A stretch of DNA of 64,000 bases from Gemmatimonadaceae bacterium (GCA_045803545.1 JBJMOW010000005.1:1472001-1536000); one strand, 5' to 3'. Shown: positions 30,325 to 43,326, counted from the first letter of the stretch. Made by a program: numbers and translations. The notes: a model not told the origin generated them from the sequence alone.

Positions 30325-31239
30325 ATGCCAGGAACGGAGTCGATTCTTCAGACGTCAGTCGCACGAACGCACGCGCATAACGCGCACAACGCGTCCGCCG
30401 CCGCGCGCGATCATGCGCGGCCGTACCGGCTGGCGGCGCACTCATCGCCCGCGCACGCGACTCGGCCGGTGCGCGTGAACGACAGCGTGACGATCGGTGG
30501 CGCGCAAATCACGGTCATTGCAGGACCGTGCTCCGTCGAAAATGGCGAGATGATCGTCGATGTCGCGAACCGCGTCCGGCAGCTCGGCGCGGTGATGCTG
30601 CGCGGCGGCGCTTTCAAGCCCCGCACTTCTCCGTATTCGTTCTCGGGACTCGGTGCATCGGCGCTCGAGCTGTTGGAGTTGGCGCGGAACGCGAGCACGC
30701 TCCCCGTCGTCACCGAGGTGATGGATACGCGACAGGTCGAGCTCGTCTCGCGCAGTGCCGACATGCTTCAGGTCGGCGCCCGCAACATGCAGAACTTTTC
30801 GCTGCTCGAGGAAGTCGGCAGAAGCAACAAGCCAGTGCTGCTGAAGCGTGGATTGTCGGCGACGACGACGGAGCTCCTGCTTGCCGCCGAGCACGTAATG
30901 GCGGCGGGCAACTCCAACGTCGTCCTGTGTGAGCGCGGAATCCGCACCTTCGAGACTTCGACGCGAAGCACGCTCGATGTTTCAGCGATTCCGGTGCTGA
31001 AGGAGGAGACGCACTTGCCGGTGATTGTCGATCCCAGTCACGCCGGCGGACGGGCGCGACTGGTGATTCCGCTGGCGCTGGCGAGCATCGCGGCCGGCGC
31101 CGACGGCATCATGGTGGAAGTGCACCCCGATCCGGAGTCAGCGCTGTCGGATGGAGAACAGTCGCTGACGATCGAGATGTTCGGCGAGCTGATGCGCGCG
31201 GCAGGACCCGTTGCCAGAGCTGTTGGGCGAACGCTTTAA
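30325..31239 (+). CDS. aroF: 3-deoxy-7-phosphoheptulonate (DAHP) synthase, type I-beta
   Basis: IAGPCSVE, RGGAFKPRTSPYSF, QVGARNMQNF, LCERGIRTFE, DPSH, EVHPDP..ALSDG. Confidence 0.95.
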   Translation: MPGTESILQTSVARTHAHNAHNASAAARDHARPYRLAAHSSPAHATRPVRVNDSVTIGGAQITVIAGPCSVENGEMIVDVANRVRQLGAVMLRGGAFKPRTSPYSFSGLGASALELLELARNASTLPVVTEVMDTRQVELVSRSADMLQVGARNMQNFSLLEEVGRSNKPVLLKRGLSATTTELLLAAEHVMAAGNSNVVLCERGIRTFETSTRSTLDVSAIPVLKEETHLPVIVDPSHAGGRARLVIPLALASIAAGADGIMVEVHPDPESALSDGEQSLTIEMFGELMRAAGPVARAVGRTL

Positions 31240-31294
31240 TCTCACTCCCGTGTTACGCGTAGCGCGTCACGGGTAACGCGTAACCGGTAACGCG

Positions 31295-33798
<2,504 letters not shown>

Positions 33799-33821
33799 TT
33801 ACAGAAACTTCTCTGGTCAGC

Positions 33822-33920
33822 TCACGCGCTGGTGCACCACGCACGCACGCGCCGGTCCGTCTCTCCGAGAGAGGCGCACGGGCAAATGGGACACATGGTG
33901 TAGAGCGCGAATGTAGTCAT
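33822..33920 (-). CDS. Met/Cys leader peptide MTTFALYTMCPICPCASLGETDRRVRAWCTSA
   Basis: M-C-P-I-C-P-C cluster; ends 30 nt before the terminator that precedes metY. Confidence 0.7.
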   Translation of the reverse strand: MTTFALYTMCPICPCASLGETDRRVRAWCTSA

Positions 33921-33954
33921 CTGTTCGACTGAAGAGCGTTGGATAAAGAAATAG

Positions 33955-35175
33955 TTATCGGTCGTGGTCGGACGTGTCAAGCGTTCGACTCCAACTGCAA
34001 CTGTATTTGTCTGCAACAAGCAGCGCGTGGATGTCCTGCTCATTCAGCAGTTTCTTTCTATCCGCGAGCTCCTTGAATCGCCTAAACAGAGTACTCAGCT
34101 CCGCATCGCTCAGCTCGTAGCCCAACGACTCTGTCTTGGCGCGAAGCGCGTGACGCCCCGAGTGTTTCCCGAGCACAAGGCCAATGCCGTTCCAACCAAC
34201 GGTGTCGGCGCTCATGATCTCGTAGGTCGATCGGTTCTTGATCACACCATCCTGGTGGATCCCGGCCTCGTGCGCAAAAGCGTTGGCGCCGACAATCGCC
34301 TTGTTGGGCGGCACGCCGATTCCCGTGCACTCTGAGACCAGCCGAGACGCGCGAGAGAGCTCGCGGGTCTCAATGTTGGTGTAAAGACCGAAGAGTGGAC
34401 GACGGGTATGAAGCGCCATTACAACTTCCTCCAGCGCTGCATTGCCGGCGCGCTCGCCGATGCCATTGATGGTGCACTCAGCCTGTCGCGCGCCCGCCCG
34501 CACCCCGGCAAGAGAATTCGCAACGGCGAGGCCGAGATCATCGTGGCAATGGGCCGAGATGGTTACTCCCTCGATGCCAGGGACATTGTCGCGAACCCCC
34601 GCTATGAGGCTACCGTATTCCTCGGGTGTCGAATAGCCGACCGTGTCAGGAACGTTCAATGTCGTCGCTCCACATTGTAGCGCGGCGGTAAAAACCTCGT
34701 ATAGAAACGGTGGATCGGATCTGGCCGCGTCTTCCGCGGAGAACTCCACTTCTGCGCCGAGCGACGTCGCATGCGCGACCGCCACCGTTACCGCCTCGAT
34801 CACCTGTCGACGCGTCATCCCGAGCTTGTGCTGCATGTGCAGGTCGGACGTCGCAAGAACGATATGGATACGCGCGCTCGTCGCCGGCTCCACGGCACTC
34901 CAGCAACGATCGATGTCGCGCTCGACGGCACGCGCGAGTCCGCAAATCGTGGGCGCATCATCGGCGCAGCCTATTTCGCGCGCGATGCGCTGCACCGCGG
35001 CCCAGTCTCCGTCCGACGCGGCAGGAAATCCCGCTTCGATCACATCCACCCTCAAACGCGCGAGCTGGTGCGCGACCCCGAGTTTCTCCTCGAGCGACAT
35101 TGTGCACCCGGGCGCCTGCTCGCCATCACGAAGCGTAGTGTCGAAGATCCGGACACGGCCGTCATCAGTTGTCAT
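33955..35175 (-). CDS. leuA: 2-isopropylmalate synthase, short form (406 aa, no C-terminal regulatory domain)
   Basis: [54 protein letters not shown] overlaps the ilvC stop. Confidence 0.9.
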   Translation of the reverse strand: MTTDDGRVRIFDTTLRDGEQAPGCTMSLEEKLGVAHQLARLRVDVIEAGFPAASDGDWAAVQRIAREIGCADDAPTICGLARAVERDIDRCWSAVEPATSARIHIVLATSDLHMQHKLGMTRRQVIEAVTVAVAHATSLGAEVEFSAEDAARSDPPFLYEVFTAALQCGATTLNVPDTVGYSTPEEYGSLIAGVRDNVPGIEGVTISAHCHDDLGLAVANSLAGVRAGARQAECTINGIGERAGNAALEEVVMALHTRRPLFGLYTNIETRELSRASRLVSECTGIGVPPNKAIVGANAFAHEAGIHQDGVIKNRSTYEIMSADTVGWNGIGLVLGKHSGRHALRAKTESLGYELSDAELSTLFRRFKELADRKKLLNEQDIHALLVADKYSCSWSRTLDTSDHDR

Positions 35176-36194
35176 GCGCTCGCCGCCCCCGGCAGTATTT
35201 CCTTGGCGTTGACGAACGGCATCATCCGGCGCAGCGAACGGCCCACATCCTCGATGCGGTGGGTGGTCTCCGCCGAACGCGTGCGCTTGAATTGCGGGAG
35301 TCCTGAATCGTTCTCGGCGATCCATTCGCGCGCGAATGACCCGTCGCGGATGTTCGACAACAGGTCGCGCATCGTAGCGCGGGTCCGCTCGTCGACGATG
35401 CGCGGCCCCGCCACGTAATCGCCGTACTCGGCGGTGTCCGACACCGAGTAGCGCATGTAGTTGAGTCCGCCCTGGTACATCAGATCGACAATGAGCTTGA
35501 GCTCGTGCATGCACTCGAAGTAGGCGACCTCGGGTTGGTATCCGGCATCGACCAGTGTGTCGAAGCCGGCCTTGACCAATGCTGAGACCCCGCCGCAGAG
35601 CACTGCCTGCTCACCGAACAGATCGGTTTCGGTTTCTTCCTCGAAGGTGGTGATCAGCGCGCCCGCCCTGGTCGATCCGATCGCCTTGGCGTATGCGAGG
35701 GCGTCATCGAGCGCGTGTCCCGACGCATCCTGGTGCACGGCCACCAATGCGGGAACGCCGCCGCCCTGTGTGAAGACCTCGCGCACGCGATGGCCCGGCG
35801 CCTTTGGCGCGACCATGCTGACATCGACACCGGCGGGCGGAACGATCTGACCAAAGCGAATGTTGAATCCGTGCGCGAACATCAGGGTCTTGCCCGGACC
35901 GAGATGGCGCTGGATGTGATCGCAGTACAGTCGCGCCTGCCCCGTGTCAGGAGTGAGAATCATGATGACCTGGGATTGCTTCGCCGCATCGTCCACCGTT
36001 ACGACCGCGAGCCCGGCGTTTTGTGCAGCGGCACGACTGCGCGAGTCTTCGCGCAAGCCCACTATGACATCCACCCCACTATCTCTGAGATTCAGAGCGT
36101 GCGCGTGTCCCTGACTGCCGTAACCGATGATCGCCACTCGCCGCCCCGCCAGACGCTCTACATCTGCGTCACCGTCGTAAAAGAGTTTCGTCAT
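35172..36194 (-). CDS. ilvC: Ketol-acid reductoisomerase
   Basis: [34 protein letters not shown]. Confidence 0.97.
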   Translation of the reverse strand: MTKLFYDGDADVERLAGRRVAIIGYGSQGHAHALNLRDSGVDVIVGLREDSRSRAAAQNAGLAVVTVDDAAKQSQVIMILTPDTGQARLYCDHIQRHLGPGKTLMFAHGFNIRFGQIVPPAGVDVSMVAPKAPGHRVREVFTQGGGVPALVAVHQDASGHALDDALAYAKAIGSTRAGALITTFEEETETDLFGEQAVLCGGVSALVKAGFDTLVDAGYQPEVAYFECMHELKLIVDLMYQGGLNYMRYSVSDTAEYGDYVAGPRIVDERTRATMRDLLSNIRDGSFAREWIAENDSGLPQFKRTRSAETTHRIEDVGRSLRRMMPFVNAKEILPGAASA

Positions 36195-36201
36195 GGTGTC
36201 C

Positions 36202-36744
36202 TCAACACGCCCCGTCAGCTTGCCACCACGGTCGCGCGACCTCTTCGCGCGCCGCGGTTTCCGCCGGCGACATATTGACGTCGAGCGCCATCGCCAGGCT
36301 TCCGGACCGCATCGTCTCGCAGGCGCCGAACACTTTGGCGCGCTCGATCATCTCCCCCAGTCGGGCCGGCGTATCGGTCATCTCGAAAACAACGGTCGGG
36401 CCGAAGGTCCCGACGATTTTTGCGCCGAATCCTTCCGCCACCGTTCTGATCTCCTCGCGTCGAGGCTCGGGCACGTGGATCTTCACCAGCGCCGTCTCTC
36501 GCACCACATACTCCCCATTCGTCACGTCAGTTACCTCCAGTACTTCGATTAGTCGGTTGAGTTGCTTGATCGTTAGCTGCACATCGGGCGTCTCCACTAC
36601 AACGGTGATACGTCGCACTCCCGGAGTCTCGCTGTCCCCCAGGGCGATGCTATGGACCGCGAGGGCACGACCGCGCAGCAATCCAAGCAAGCGATTGAGC
36701 GCCGCGGGTCGATCCTCCACCAGCGCGACGAGAGTGTGTCTCAC
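36202..36744 (-). CDS. ilvN: Acetolactate synthase small (regulatory) subunit
   Basis: [40 protein letters not shown] overlaps the ilvB stop. Confidence 0.9.
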   Translation of the reverse strand: MRHTLVALVEDRPAALNRLLGLLRGRALAVHSIALGDSETPGVRRITVVVETPDVQLTIKQLNRLIEVLEVTDVTNGEYVVRETALVKIHVPEPRREEIRTVAEGFGAKIVGTFGPTVVFEMTDTPARLGEMIERAKVFGACETMRSGSLAMALDVNMSPAETAAREEVARPWWQADGAC

Positions 36745-38558
36745 GCGTGCGCCTGCGCCCCCTCGCGGGTGATCATCTCGCCGATGCTGCTCCCCGGCGG
36801 CACCAGCGGAAATACGTTCGCTTCGCGCTCGACCCTGAAGTCGAGCACCGCCGAGCCGTCGTGATTCCAGGCGCACTCGATTGCATCGTGCGCCTGCTCG
36901 ATGCGATCGACGGTGAACCCGCGCAGTCCGTACGCTTCGGCGAGACCGGCGAAGCTGGGACCCGACAGTGGCGTGCCGCTGTAGCGCTTGCCCTCGAACA
37001 ACTGCTGCCACTGACGCACCATGCCGAGGTAGCCGTTGTTCACGATCGCCACTTTCACATTCCGGATTCCCTCCTGATTGATCGTCGCCAACTCCTGGTT
37101 GGTCATCTGGAATCCGCCGTCGCCGACGATCGCCCAGATCGTTTCGTCGGGATGCGCGATCGCCGCTCCCATCGCCGCCGGTACGGCAAACCCCATCGTG
37201 CCCGCGCCGCCGCTGGTGATATGTGTGCGTGGACGTCGCCACTCGATCAGCTGCGCCGCCCACATCTGGTGCTGGCCGACGTCGGTGACGACGCGATAGC
37301 CGCCGCGTTCGTTGAGCGCTGCGTTCAGCGCAGCATAGACATCGTGCGGCATCAGCTCCGCGGTGTCAGGCCGGCGCAGATACGGCTGGCGGTGCTGGTG
37401 CGTCGTCTGACTATCTCGAATGTCCTGCAGCCAAACGAGCGCATCACGCGCCGGAGTTTCTTCGATTAACGCGAGCAAAGCCGCGCGTGCATCGCCGACG
37501 ATGGCGACGGCGACTTTCACGTTCTTGCCGATCTCCGCCGGATCGATGTCGACGTGAATCACTCGCGCCCGCGGCGCAAATGTGGATGCCTTGCCGGTGA
37601 CGCGATCGTCGAAGCGCGCGCCGATGTTGATCAGCACGTCGCACTCCTGAATCGCGCGATTGACGTGCACCCAGCCGTGCATGCCCGGCATGCCAATGCT
37701 GAGCGGATGATCCTCGGGAAACGCACCGATTCCCTGAAGAGTCGTAATCACCGGAATGCCGGTGCGCTCGGCAAACACGCGCAACTCCGCTGCGGCGCCC
37801 GAGATGATCACGCCTTGCCCGGCGAGAATTAACGGCTTGCTCGCGTTGGCAAGGAGCCGAGCTGCCTGCTTCACCGCCTCCCGCGTCCCGCCTCCCGCCT
37901 CCCGCCCCTCGCGCACGCCGAGCGAGACGTTCCAGTCGGGGACCACTTTTGCCTGCTGGGCATCCTTGGTGACATCGATCAGCACCGGCCCTGGACGCCC
38001 ACTGCGCGCGATGTGAAACGCCTCGTGAAACACGCTCGGCAGGTCATCGGCGCACGTCACTCGATAATTGTGCTTGGTGATGGGCAGCGTGATGCCGGTG
38101 ATGTCGGTTTCCTGAAACGCATCTTTCCCCAGCACAGCGCTCGACACCTGTCCAGTGATCGCCACCAGCGGGGTGCTATCCATCCAGGCATTGGCGATCG
38201 GAGTGACAAGATTGGTCGCACCTGGTCCGCTGGTCGCGACGCAGACGCCGGGCTTACCGGTTGAGCGAGCGTAACCTTCCGCGGCGTGACCCGCGCCCTG
38301 CTCGTGTCTACACAGCACGTGACGCAGGCAATCGCGGTACTCCCACATCGCGTGGTAGAACGGCATGATCGCGCCCCCGGGAATGCCGAACATCACTTCG
38401 ACATTTTCGCGGAGCAGAGCTTCGCACATCACCTGCGCGCCAGTGCGTTCGCGAGCGGGAGGCGGGAGGGGGGCGGCGAGAGGCGGGAAGCCGGAGGTGG
38501 GCAACGGCAGACCGACAGCGGGTACGGGTACGGAAAACGGAGAGCGCGCGTCGGTCAT
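36741..38558 (-). CDS. ilvB: Acetolactate synthase large subunit
   Basis: [54 protein letters not shown]. Confidence 0.96.
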   Translation of the reverse strand: MTDARSPFSVPVPAVGLPLPTSGFPPLAAPLPPPARERTGAQVMCEALLRENVEVMFGIPGGAIMPFYHAMWEYRDCLRHVLCRHEQGAGHAAEGYARSTGKPGVCVATSGPGATNLVTPIANAWMDSTPLVAITGQVSSAVLGKDAFQETDITGITLPITKHNYRVTCADDLPSVFHEAFHIARSGRPGPVLIDVTKDAQQAKVVPDWNVSLGVREGREAGGGTREAVKQAARLLANASKPLILAGQGVIISGAAAELRVFAERTGIPVITTLQGIGAFPEDHPLSIGMPGMHGWVHVNRAIQECDVLINIGARFDDRVTGKASTFAPRARVIHVDIDPAEIGKNVKVAVAIVGDARAALLALIEETPARDALVWLQDIRDSQTTHQHRQPYLRRPDTAELMPHDVYAALNAALNERGGYRVVTDVGQHQMWAAQLIEWRRPRTHITSGGAGTMGFAVPAAMGAAIAHPDETIWAIVGDGGFQMTNQELATINQEGIRNVKVAIVNNGYLGMVRQWQQLFEGKRYSGTPLSGPSFAGLAEAYGLRGFTVDRIEQAHDAIECAWNHDGSAVLDFRVEREANVFPLVPPGSSIGEMITREGAQAHA

Positions 38559-40366
38559 CGTCCGACTCCGGCCGGAGTCGGCCTGTATGTATCCCGCATC
38601 GAGTGAGTGAGCGCGTCGATCGCGACCGTCGTTGACTTTGTCGTTGGCTCGACGCCGTTGCTCGCGCCGTTCGATGAGTGAGGCCATTCGAGAACAGCGC
38701 CACGACCTGCGTTCGTCACCATCGCCGCGTAACGCGACAGCCATCCGCGCGTATACCGTGGCTTTGGCGCAGTCCACTCGGCGCGACGTGCACGCAGTTC
38801 CGCCGGATCGAGCTCCGCATCCAGTTTGCGATTCGTCAGATCGATGCACACGATGTCCCCATCGCGCAGCAGACCGATCGGACCACCTTCGCCGGACTCG
38901 GGCGAGACGTGACCGATGCACAGCCCGCGGGTGCCGCCCGAGAATCTTCCATCGGTGAGTAACGCCACCTCGGCGCCGATGGGCATTCCCTTCAGCATGC
39001 TGGTGAGCGCCAGCATCTCGCGCATCCCGGGACCACCGCGCGGACCCTCGCCGCGAATCACCAGCACTTCGCCCGGACGAATTCCATTCGCGCGCACTGC
39101 CGCGGCCGCCGACTCCTCGTCTTCGAAAACACGCGCCGGCCCGCGAAACGTCATCTGATGCTGCTCGACCGCACCGACTTTGATCACCGCGCCGCCCGGA
39201 GCGAGATTGCCGAACAGGACGCATAGCGCGCCCCGCTCCGCATGCGGACGAGTGATCGGCCGAATACACTCCTCGTTGAGGTTGCGCACGCCGTCGAGAT
39301 TCTCGGCGATGGTTTTTCCGGTGACAGTGAGCGCATCGGGGAACAGTGTGCCTGGCTTCTTCGCCAGTTCCGCCAGCAGAGCGGGGACACCGCCCGCCGC
39401 GTCGACATCCTGAATGTGCCACTGCCGATCGGCGTCCCACGCCGGCGATACTTTCGCCAGATGCGGCACGCGCTCAGCGACTTCGTTGAATCGCGCCAGC
39501 GGATACTCGATGCCGGCTTCATGCGCGACGGCGATTACGTGCAATAGTGTGTTGGTCGAGCCGCCCATTGCCACATCGAGCGCGACTGCATTGTCGATTG
39601 CTTCGGCGGTGACGATGTCGCGGAAGCGAATGCCCCGGCGAAGGAGCTCCAGCACCTGCGTTGCTGCGGCACGCGCCAGACGATGGCGATCGGGTGAGAC
39701 GGCGAGAATGGTTCCGTTGCCGGGAAGCGCGACGCCCAGCGCTTCGCAAAGACAGTTCATGGAGTTAGCGGTGAACATCCCGCTACAGCTTCCGCACGTC
39801 GGACAGCCGGCGATCTCGAGCTCCTCGAGCCGAGTGTCGTCGATGGTGCCCGCGGCCCGCGCGCCCACCGCCTCGAACACCGAGATCAGATCGACCTTCT
39901 GACCGCCGCGATCGACGCCGGCGCGCATCGGTCCACCGGAAATGAAAATCGTCGGGATGTTGGCGCGCGCCGCGCCCATCAGCATTCCCGGCACGATCTT
40001 GTCGCAGTTGGGGATGCACACCATCGCGTCGAAGCAGTGCGCGTTCACCATCGTCTCCACGGAGTCGGCGATTAACTCGCGCGACGGCAGCGAGAAACGC
40101 ATTCCGTCGTGTCCCATCGCAATGCCGTCGTCGACGCCGATGGTGTTGAACTCGAACGGCACTCCGCCGGCGGCGCGCACCGCTTCCTTCACCACGCGAC
40201 CGAACTCCTGAAGGTGGACGTGACCGGGAATGATCTCGACGAACGAATTGCAGATCGCGACGAACGGCTTGTCGAAATCGCCGCGTTCGCGGATCTGTCC
40301 CGTCGCACGCAACAGACTGCGGTGAGGGGCGCGCTCGAATCCCTTTTTGATGGTGTCGGAGCGCAT
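38555..40366 (-). CDS. ilvD: Dihydroxy-acid dehydratase
   Basis: [39 protein letters not shown]. Confidence 0.97.
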   Translation of the reverse strand: MRSDTIKKGFERAPHRSLLRATGQIRERGDFDKPFVAICNSFVEIIPGHVHLQEFGRVVKEAVRAAGGVPFEFNTIGVDDGIAMGHDGMRFSLPSRELIADSVETMVNAHCFDAMVCIPNCDKIVPGMLMGAARANIPTIFISGGPMRAGVDRGGQKVDLISVFEAVGARAAGTIDDTRLEELEIAGCPTCGSCSGMFTANSMNCLCEALGVALPGNGTILAVSPDRHRLARAAATQVLELLRRGIRFRDIVTAEAIDNAVALDVAMGGSTNTLLHVIAVAHEAGIEYPLARFNEVAERVPHLAKVSPAWDADRQWHIQDVDAAGGVPALLAELAKKPGTLFPDALTVTGKTIAENLDGVRNLNEECIRPITRPHAERGALCVLFGNLAPGGAVIKVGAVEQHQMTFRGPARVFEDEESAAAAVRANGIRPGEVLVIRGEGPRGGPGMREMLALTSMLKGMPIGAEVALLTDGRFSGGTRGLCIGHVSPESGEGGPIGLLRDGDIVCIDLTNRKLDAELDPAELRARRAEWTAPKPRYTRGWLSRYAAMVTNAGRGAVLEWPHSSNGASNGVEPTTKSTTVAIDALTHSMRDTYRPTPAGVGR

Positions 40367-40406
40367 TTACGGTTTTTGCCTTCTCGGCGGTTGCACGTTG
40401 GTCATG

Positions 40407-40450
40407 AAAAATCGAAGGGCCTCGTCCCCGTGTTTTGGGGAGAGGCCCTC
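40407..40450 (-). terminator. ilv attenuator terminator
   Basis: Minus strand GAGGGCCTCTCCCC-aaaacac-GGGGACGAGGCCCTTC followed by GATTTTT. Confidence 0.8.
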
Positions 40451-40509
40451 TTTCTAGTTGCAACCGAGCGCCTCTCCCGTTTAGGGGAAGAGGCGGTGTC
40501 TGTGAGTGA

Positions 40510-40611
40510 TTACATCGTGTTCAGACCAGTTCTCTTCCCAGTGCCAATAAGTCCCACCCCAATAAGCAGGAGGGACAAAATGAGACCGAGGAGGAGCTGG
40601 CTGCGGATCAC
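40510..40611 (-). CDS. ilv leader peptide (GTG start) VIRSQLLLGLILSLLLIGVGLIGTGKRTGLNTM
   Basis: Strong Leu/Ile/Val run; lies between promoter and terminator; start codon uncertain. Confidence 0.75.
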   Translation of the reverse strand: MIRSQLLLGLILSLLLIGVGLIGTGKRTGLNTM

Positions 40612-40658
40612 GTTAATGGTCGTGTCGATGTGCGAATGTGAATTGCGTCGTCGGCGGC

Positions 40659-40688
40659 AGCATAACCCCCGATCGAGAACGTTGTCAA
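40659..40688 (-). promoter_or_regulatory. sigma70-type promoter of the ilv operon
   Basis: TTGACA-N18-TATGCT. Confidence 0.65.
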
Positions 40689-40699
40689 GTGCGAAACAT

Positions 40700-40942
40700 T
40701 GCTAACGGAAAGCTGGACGCCGGAAACGGACAACGGGTAACGGTCAGCAGGAAACGGGTAACAGGCAACCGAACACAGGTTACTGATTACGGGTTACGGA
40801 TTGCGCGTGTCCATCAAACAGCGCCCATCTGATCAAAATGATGCGCTACCAGTAACCAGTAACCAGTAACCAGTTTCCCCGTTGCCCGTTGCCCGCTTCC
40901 CGCTTCCCGCCTCCGCCTCCCGCTTCCCGCTTCCCGCTTCCC
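40700..40942. repeat. Heptamer arrays between the divergent ilv and amt promoters
   Basis: Degenerate GGGTAAC-type units at about 40720-40800; CCAGTAA, GTTGCCC and GCTTCCC units at 40848-40942. Confidence 0.8.
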
Positions 40943-41042
40943 GAGTCGTGCGCGTCTTGCACTCATTGTGGCAGAATTGCTCAGTTGCTCGGTGATTTGT
41001 GCATGGCTGAGCTTGGGTTTGTGCAAAAGTTGCAAATTCTGC

Positions 41043-41071
41043 TTGACAACTTGAAACCAGCCGAATATGCT
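41043..41071 (+). promoter_or_regulatory. sigma70-type promoter of the amtB operon leader
   Basis: TTGACA-N17-TATGCT, 9 nt before the leader ATG. Confidence 0.75.
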
Positions 41072-41080
41072 TTGCCGCAC

Positions 41081-41188
41081 ATGATTCTCGCTCGCCGCGT
41101 CTCTTCCAATAACCCGGGAAACAATCGCCAGCTCCCACAGAACCTGTGGGACGTCTTCGATCGTTCCGGGATGAGCGCAATGAGATAA
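41081..41188 (+). CDS. Putative Asn/Gln leader peptide MILARRVSSNNPGNNRQLPQNLWDVFDRSGMSAMR
   Basis: 5 Asn + 2 Gln in codons 10-21; lies between promoter and terminator upstream of amtB. Confidence 0.7.
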   Translation: MILARRVSSNNPGNNRQLPQNLWDVFDRSGMSAMR

Positions 41189-41216
41189 GCAGCAACTCCA
41201 AGCTCCAGCTGTCATC

Positions 41217-41258
41217 GCCCCGCGTTTCGATCGAATGAACGCGGGGCTTTTTGTTTTT
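41217..41258 (+). terminator. Terminator in the amtB 5' leader (attenuator)
   Basis: GCCCCGCGTT-N11-AACGCGGGGC followed by TTTTTGTTTTT, about 40 nt before the amtB start. Confidence 0.88.
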
Positions 41259-41297
41259 CGCAGCAACAACTCTCACCCGTCGCGCCGGAGGAAAACT

Positions 41298-42806
41298 GTG
41301 AAGTGGTTCAAATGGAGCGCAGTGCTGGTCGTACTCGGTTTGCTCGCGTCGCCTGTTGCGTTGTTTGCGCAGGCGGCCGAGGCCGCAAAAATCGACTCTG
41401 TAGCAATACAGACCACCGCCAATTCCACGTCGATCAATTTCGTGTGGACGCTGATCGCCGGGTTCCTGGTGATGTTCATGCAGGCCGGGTTCGCGCTGGT
41501 CGAAACAGGATTCACCCGCTCCAAGAACGCCGGTCACACCATGACCATGAACTTCATGGTCTATGCGATCGGCATGCTCGCCTACTGGGCAATCGGTTTC
41601 GCGTTGCAGGCTGGCGGAATCGGCGCGCTCACGACACTCGGCGGCTACGACAAGCTCAACACCGAGTTCGCCGTTAACATCGGCGGTCACGCGTGGGGCT
41701 TGTTCGGGATGCAGGGCTTCTTCCTCACCGGCGTCGCGTACAACGCGTCGATCTTCGCGTATTTCCTGTTTCAGATGGTGTTCATGGACACCACGGCGAC
41801 GATTCCCACGGGCGCGGCGGCGGAACGATGGAAGTTCTCGGCGTTTTGCATTTTCTCAGTCTTTATCGCCGCCGTCATCTACCCGATTTACGCCAACTGG
41901 GTTTGGGGCAACGGCTGGCTCTCCGCACTCGGTAAGAACGCCGGGCTCGGCCACGGCCACGTCGATTTTGCGGGATCGTCGGTGGTGCACATGACCGGCG
42001 GCGTGCTCGCATTGGTCGCCGGCAAACTCATTGGTCCACGGCGCGGCAAGTACAACGCCGACGGAACTGCCAACGCCATTCCCGGACACAACATCCCAAT
42101 GGCGCTGCTCGGCACGTTCATCCTGGCCTTCGGTTGGTTCGGCTTCAACCCGGGCTCCACGCTCGCCGGCATGGATTCGCGCATCGCGGTCATCGCCACC
42201 AACACCATGCTGGCGGGAGCCGCCGGTGCGATCGCGGCGATGATCTACGTCTGGAGACTATACGGGAAGCCCGATCCATCAATGCTCGCCAACGGGATGC
42301 TCGCCGGTCTCGTCGCGATCACCGCGCCGTGCGCGTTCGTCACTGCGCCGTCGGCGGTTCTCATCGGCGCTGTCGCGGGAGTTCTCGTCTGCTTCGCCGT
42401 GGTCTTCATCGAGCGCAGGCTCAGGATCGACGATCCCGTCGGCGCGAGCTCGGTCCACGGTGTCTGCGGCCTCTGGGGCGTTCTGTCAGTCGGATTGTTG
42501 GCCGACGGCACTTATGGCGACGGGTTGAACGGTGTCGCAGGCAACGTGCGAGGACTCTTTTACGGCGACGCGAGCCAGCTCGGTGCCCAGCTGATCGGCA
42601 TCACCACCAACATCGTCTGGGTCGGACTCGCCGGCTACGCGGCCTGGAAAATCACCGGCTGGCTAACCAGTGGACATCGCGTATCGCCCGCTATCGAAGA
42701 GCACGGACTCGATCTGCCGGAGATGGGAGCACTCGCCTATCCCGATCAGGCCGATCTGTCGTCCGGAGTCGTGATCGCCACCGACGCCGTCCGTCCCGCT
42801 GCGTAG
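41298..42806 (+). CDS. amtB: Ammonium transporter
   Basis: GGAGG RBS; FMQAGFALVETG, DFAGSSVVHMTGG, GWFGFNPGS, GLVAIT, DDPVGASSVHG (both pore His present). Confidence 0.97.
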   Translation: MKWFKWSAVLVVLGLLASPVALFAQAAEAAKIDSVAIQTTANSTSINFVWTLIAGFLVMFMQAGFALVETGFTRSKNAGHTMTMNFMVYAIGMLAYWAIGFALQAGGIGALTTLGGYDKLNTEFAVNIGGHAWGLFGMQGFFLTGVAYNASIFAYFLFQMVFMDTTATIPTGAAAERWKFSAFCIFSVFIAAVIYPIYANWVWGNGWLSALGKNAGLGHGHVDFAGSSVVHMTGGVLALVAGKLIGPRRGKYNADGTANAIPGHNIPMALLGTFILAFGWFGFNPGSTLAGMDSRIAVIATNTMLAGAAGAIAAMIYVWRLYGKPDPSMLANGMLAGLVAITAPCAFVTAPSAVLIGAVAGVLVCFAVVFIERRLRIDDPVGASSVHGVCGLWGVLSVGLLADGTYGDGLNGVAGNVRGLFYGDASQLGAQLIGITTNIVWVGLAGYAAWKITGWLTSGHRVSPAIEEHGLDLPEMGALAYPDQADLSSGVVIATDAVRPAA

Positions 42807-42890
42807 CGGGAAGCGGGAAGCGGGAAGCGGGAAGCGGGAAGCCGGTAACGGGTAACGCGTTACCGGTTACGCGTTACGGGTTACGGGCAA
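42806..42890. repeat. Heptamer array between amtB and glnK
   Basis: (GCGGGAA)x5, then GGTAAC units with the palindrome GTAACGCGTTAC. Confidence 0.92.
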
Positions 42891-42927
42891 CAGATCTGAA
42901 TTCATTTTTTCACGCAACGAGGATCTA

Positions 42928-43326
42928 ATGAAACTCATTAGCTGCGTCATCCGCCCGGAGCGACTGGGGGCGGTGAAGGAAGCCTTGTTTCAAGCTGGTG
43001 TTACTGGAATCAGCATCAGCCGCGTCAGCGGACACGGCGGCGAACACGAGGTCGTCGAGCATTATCGCGGCTCGTCGGTCGTGCTCGAGTTCCGCGAGAA
43101 AGTCAAAGTCGAGATGGCGTGCTCGGAGCCGTTCGTCGAGCCGACAATAAGGGCGATTCTGTCCTCAGCTCGCACCGGCGAAGTCGGCGACGGAAAAATA
43201 TTCGTCCAGCCGCTGGAGCAAGTCATTCGGATTCGCACCGGCGAGCGCGACAACGCCGCGCTCACCCCCATTACCGCCGACGATGTCCAGCGCCGCGCGC
43301 GCGGCTTAGCGCTCTCAGCCGTTTAA
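42928..43326 (+). CDS. glnK: P-II family nitrogen regulator with divergent T-loop
   Basis: YRG, KVKVE, ARTGEVGDGKIFV..IRIRTGE; directly downstream of amtB. Confidence 0.93.
   Translation: MKLISCVIRPERLGAVKEALFQAGVTGISISRVSGHGGEHEVVEHYRGSSVVLEFREKVKVEMACSEPFVEPTIRAILSSARTGEVGDGKIFVQPLEQVIRIRTGERDNAALTPITADDVQRRARGLALSAV

Noticed and set aside
40614..40663. ATG-started ORF MLPPTTQFTFAHRHDH upstream of the ilv leader
   Set aside because: Its ATG lies inside the predicted -10 box, so it would not be transcribed from that promoter
40968..41036. sigma54 promoter / NtrC site upstream of amtB (TGGCAGAATTGC; TGCA-N5-TGCA)
   Set aside because: GG-GC spacing is too short for -24/-12 and the palindrome spacing does not match the NtrC consensus; it could still be an unknown factor site
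41081..41258. glnA glutamine riboswitch
   Set aside because: ATCGTTC is present, but the other conserved elements I would expect (CGGAAGTA, GAAGGAACG) are not; an Rfam scan is needed to exclude it formally
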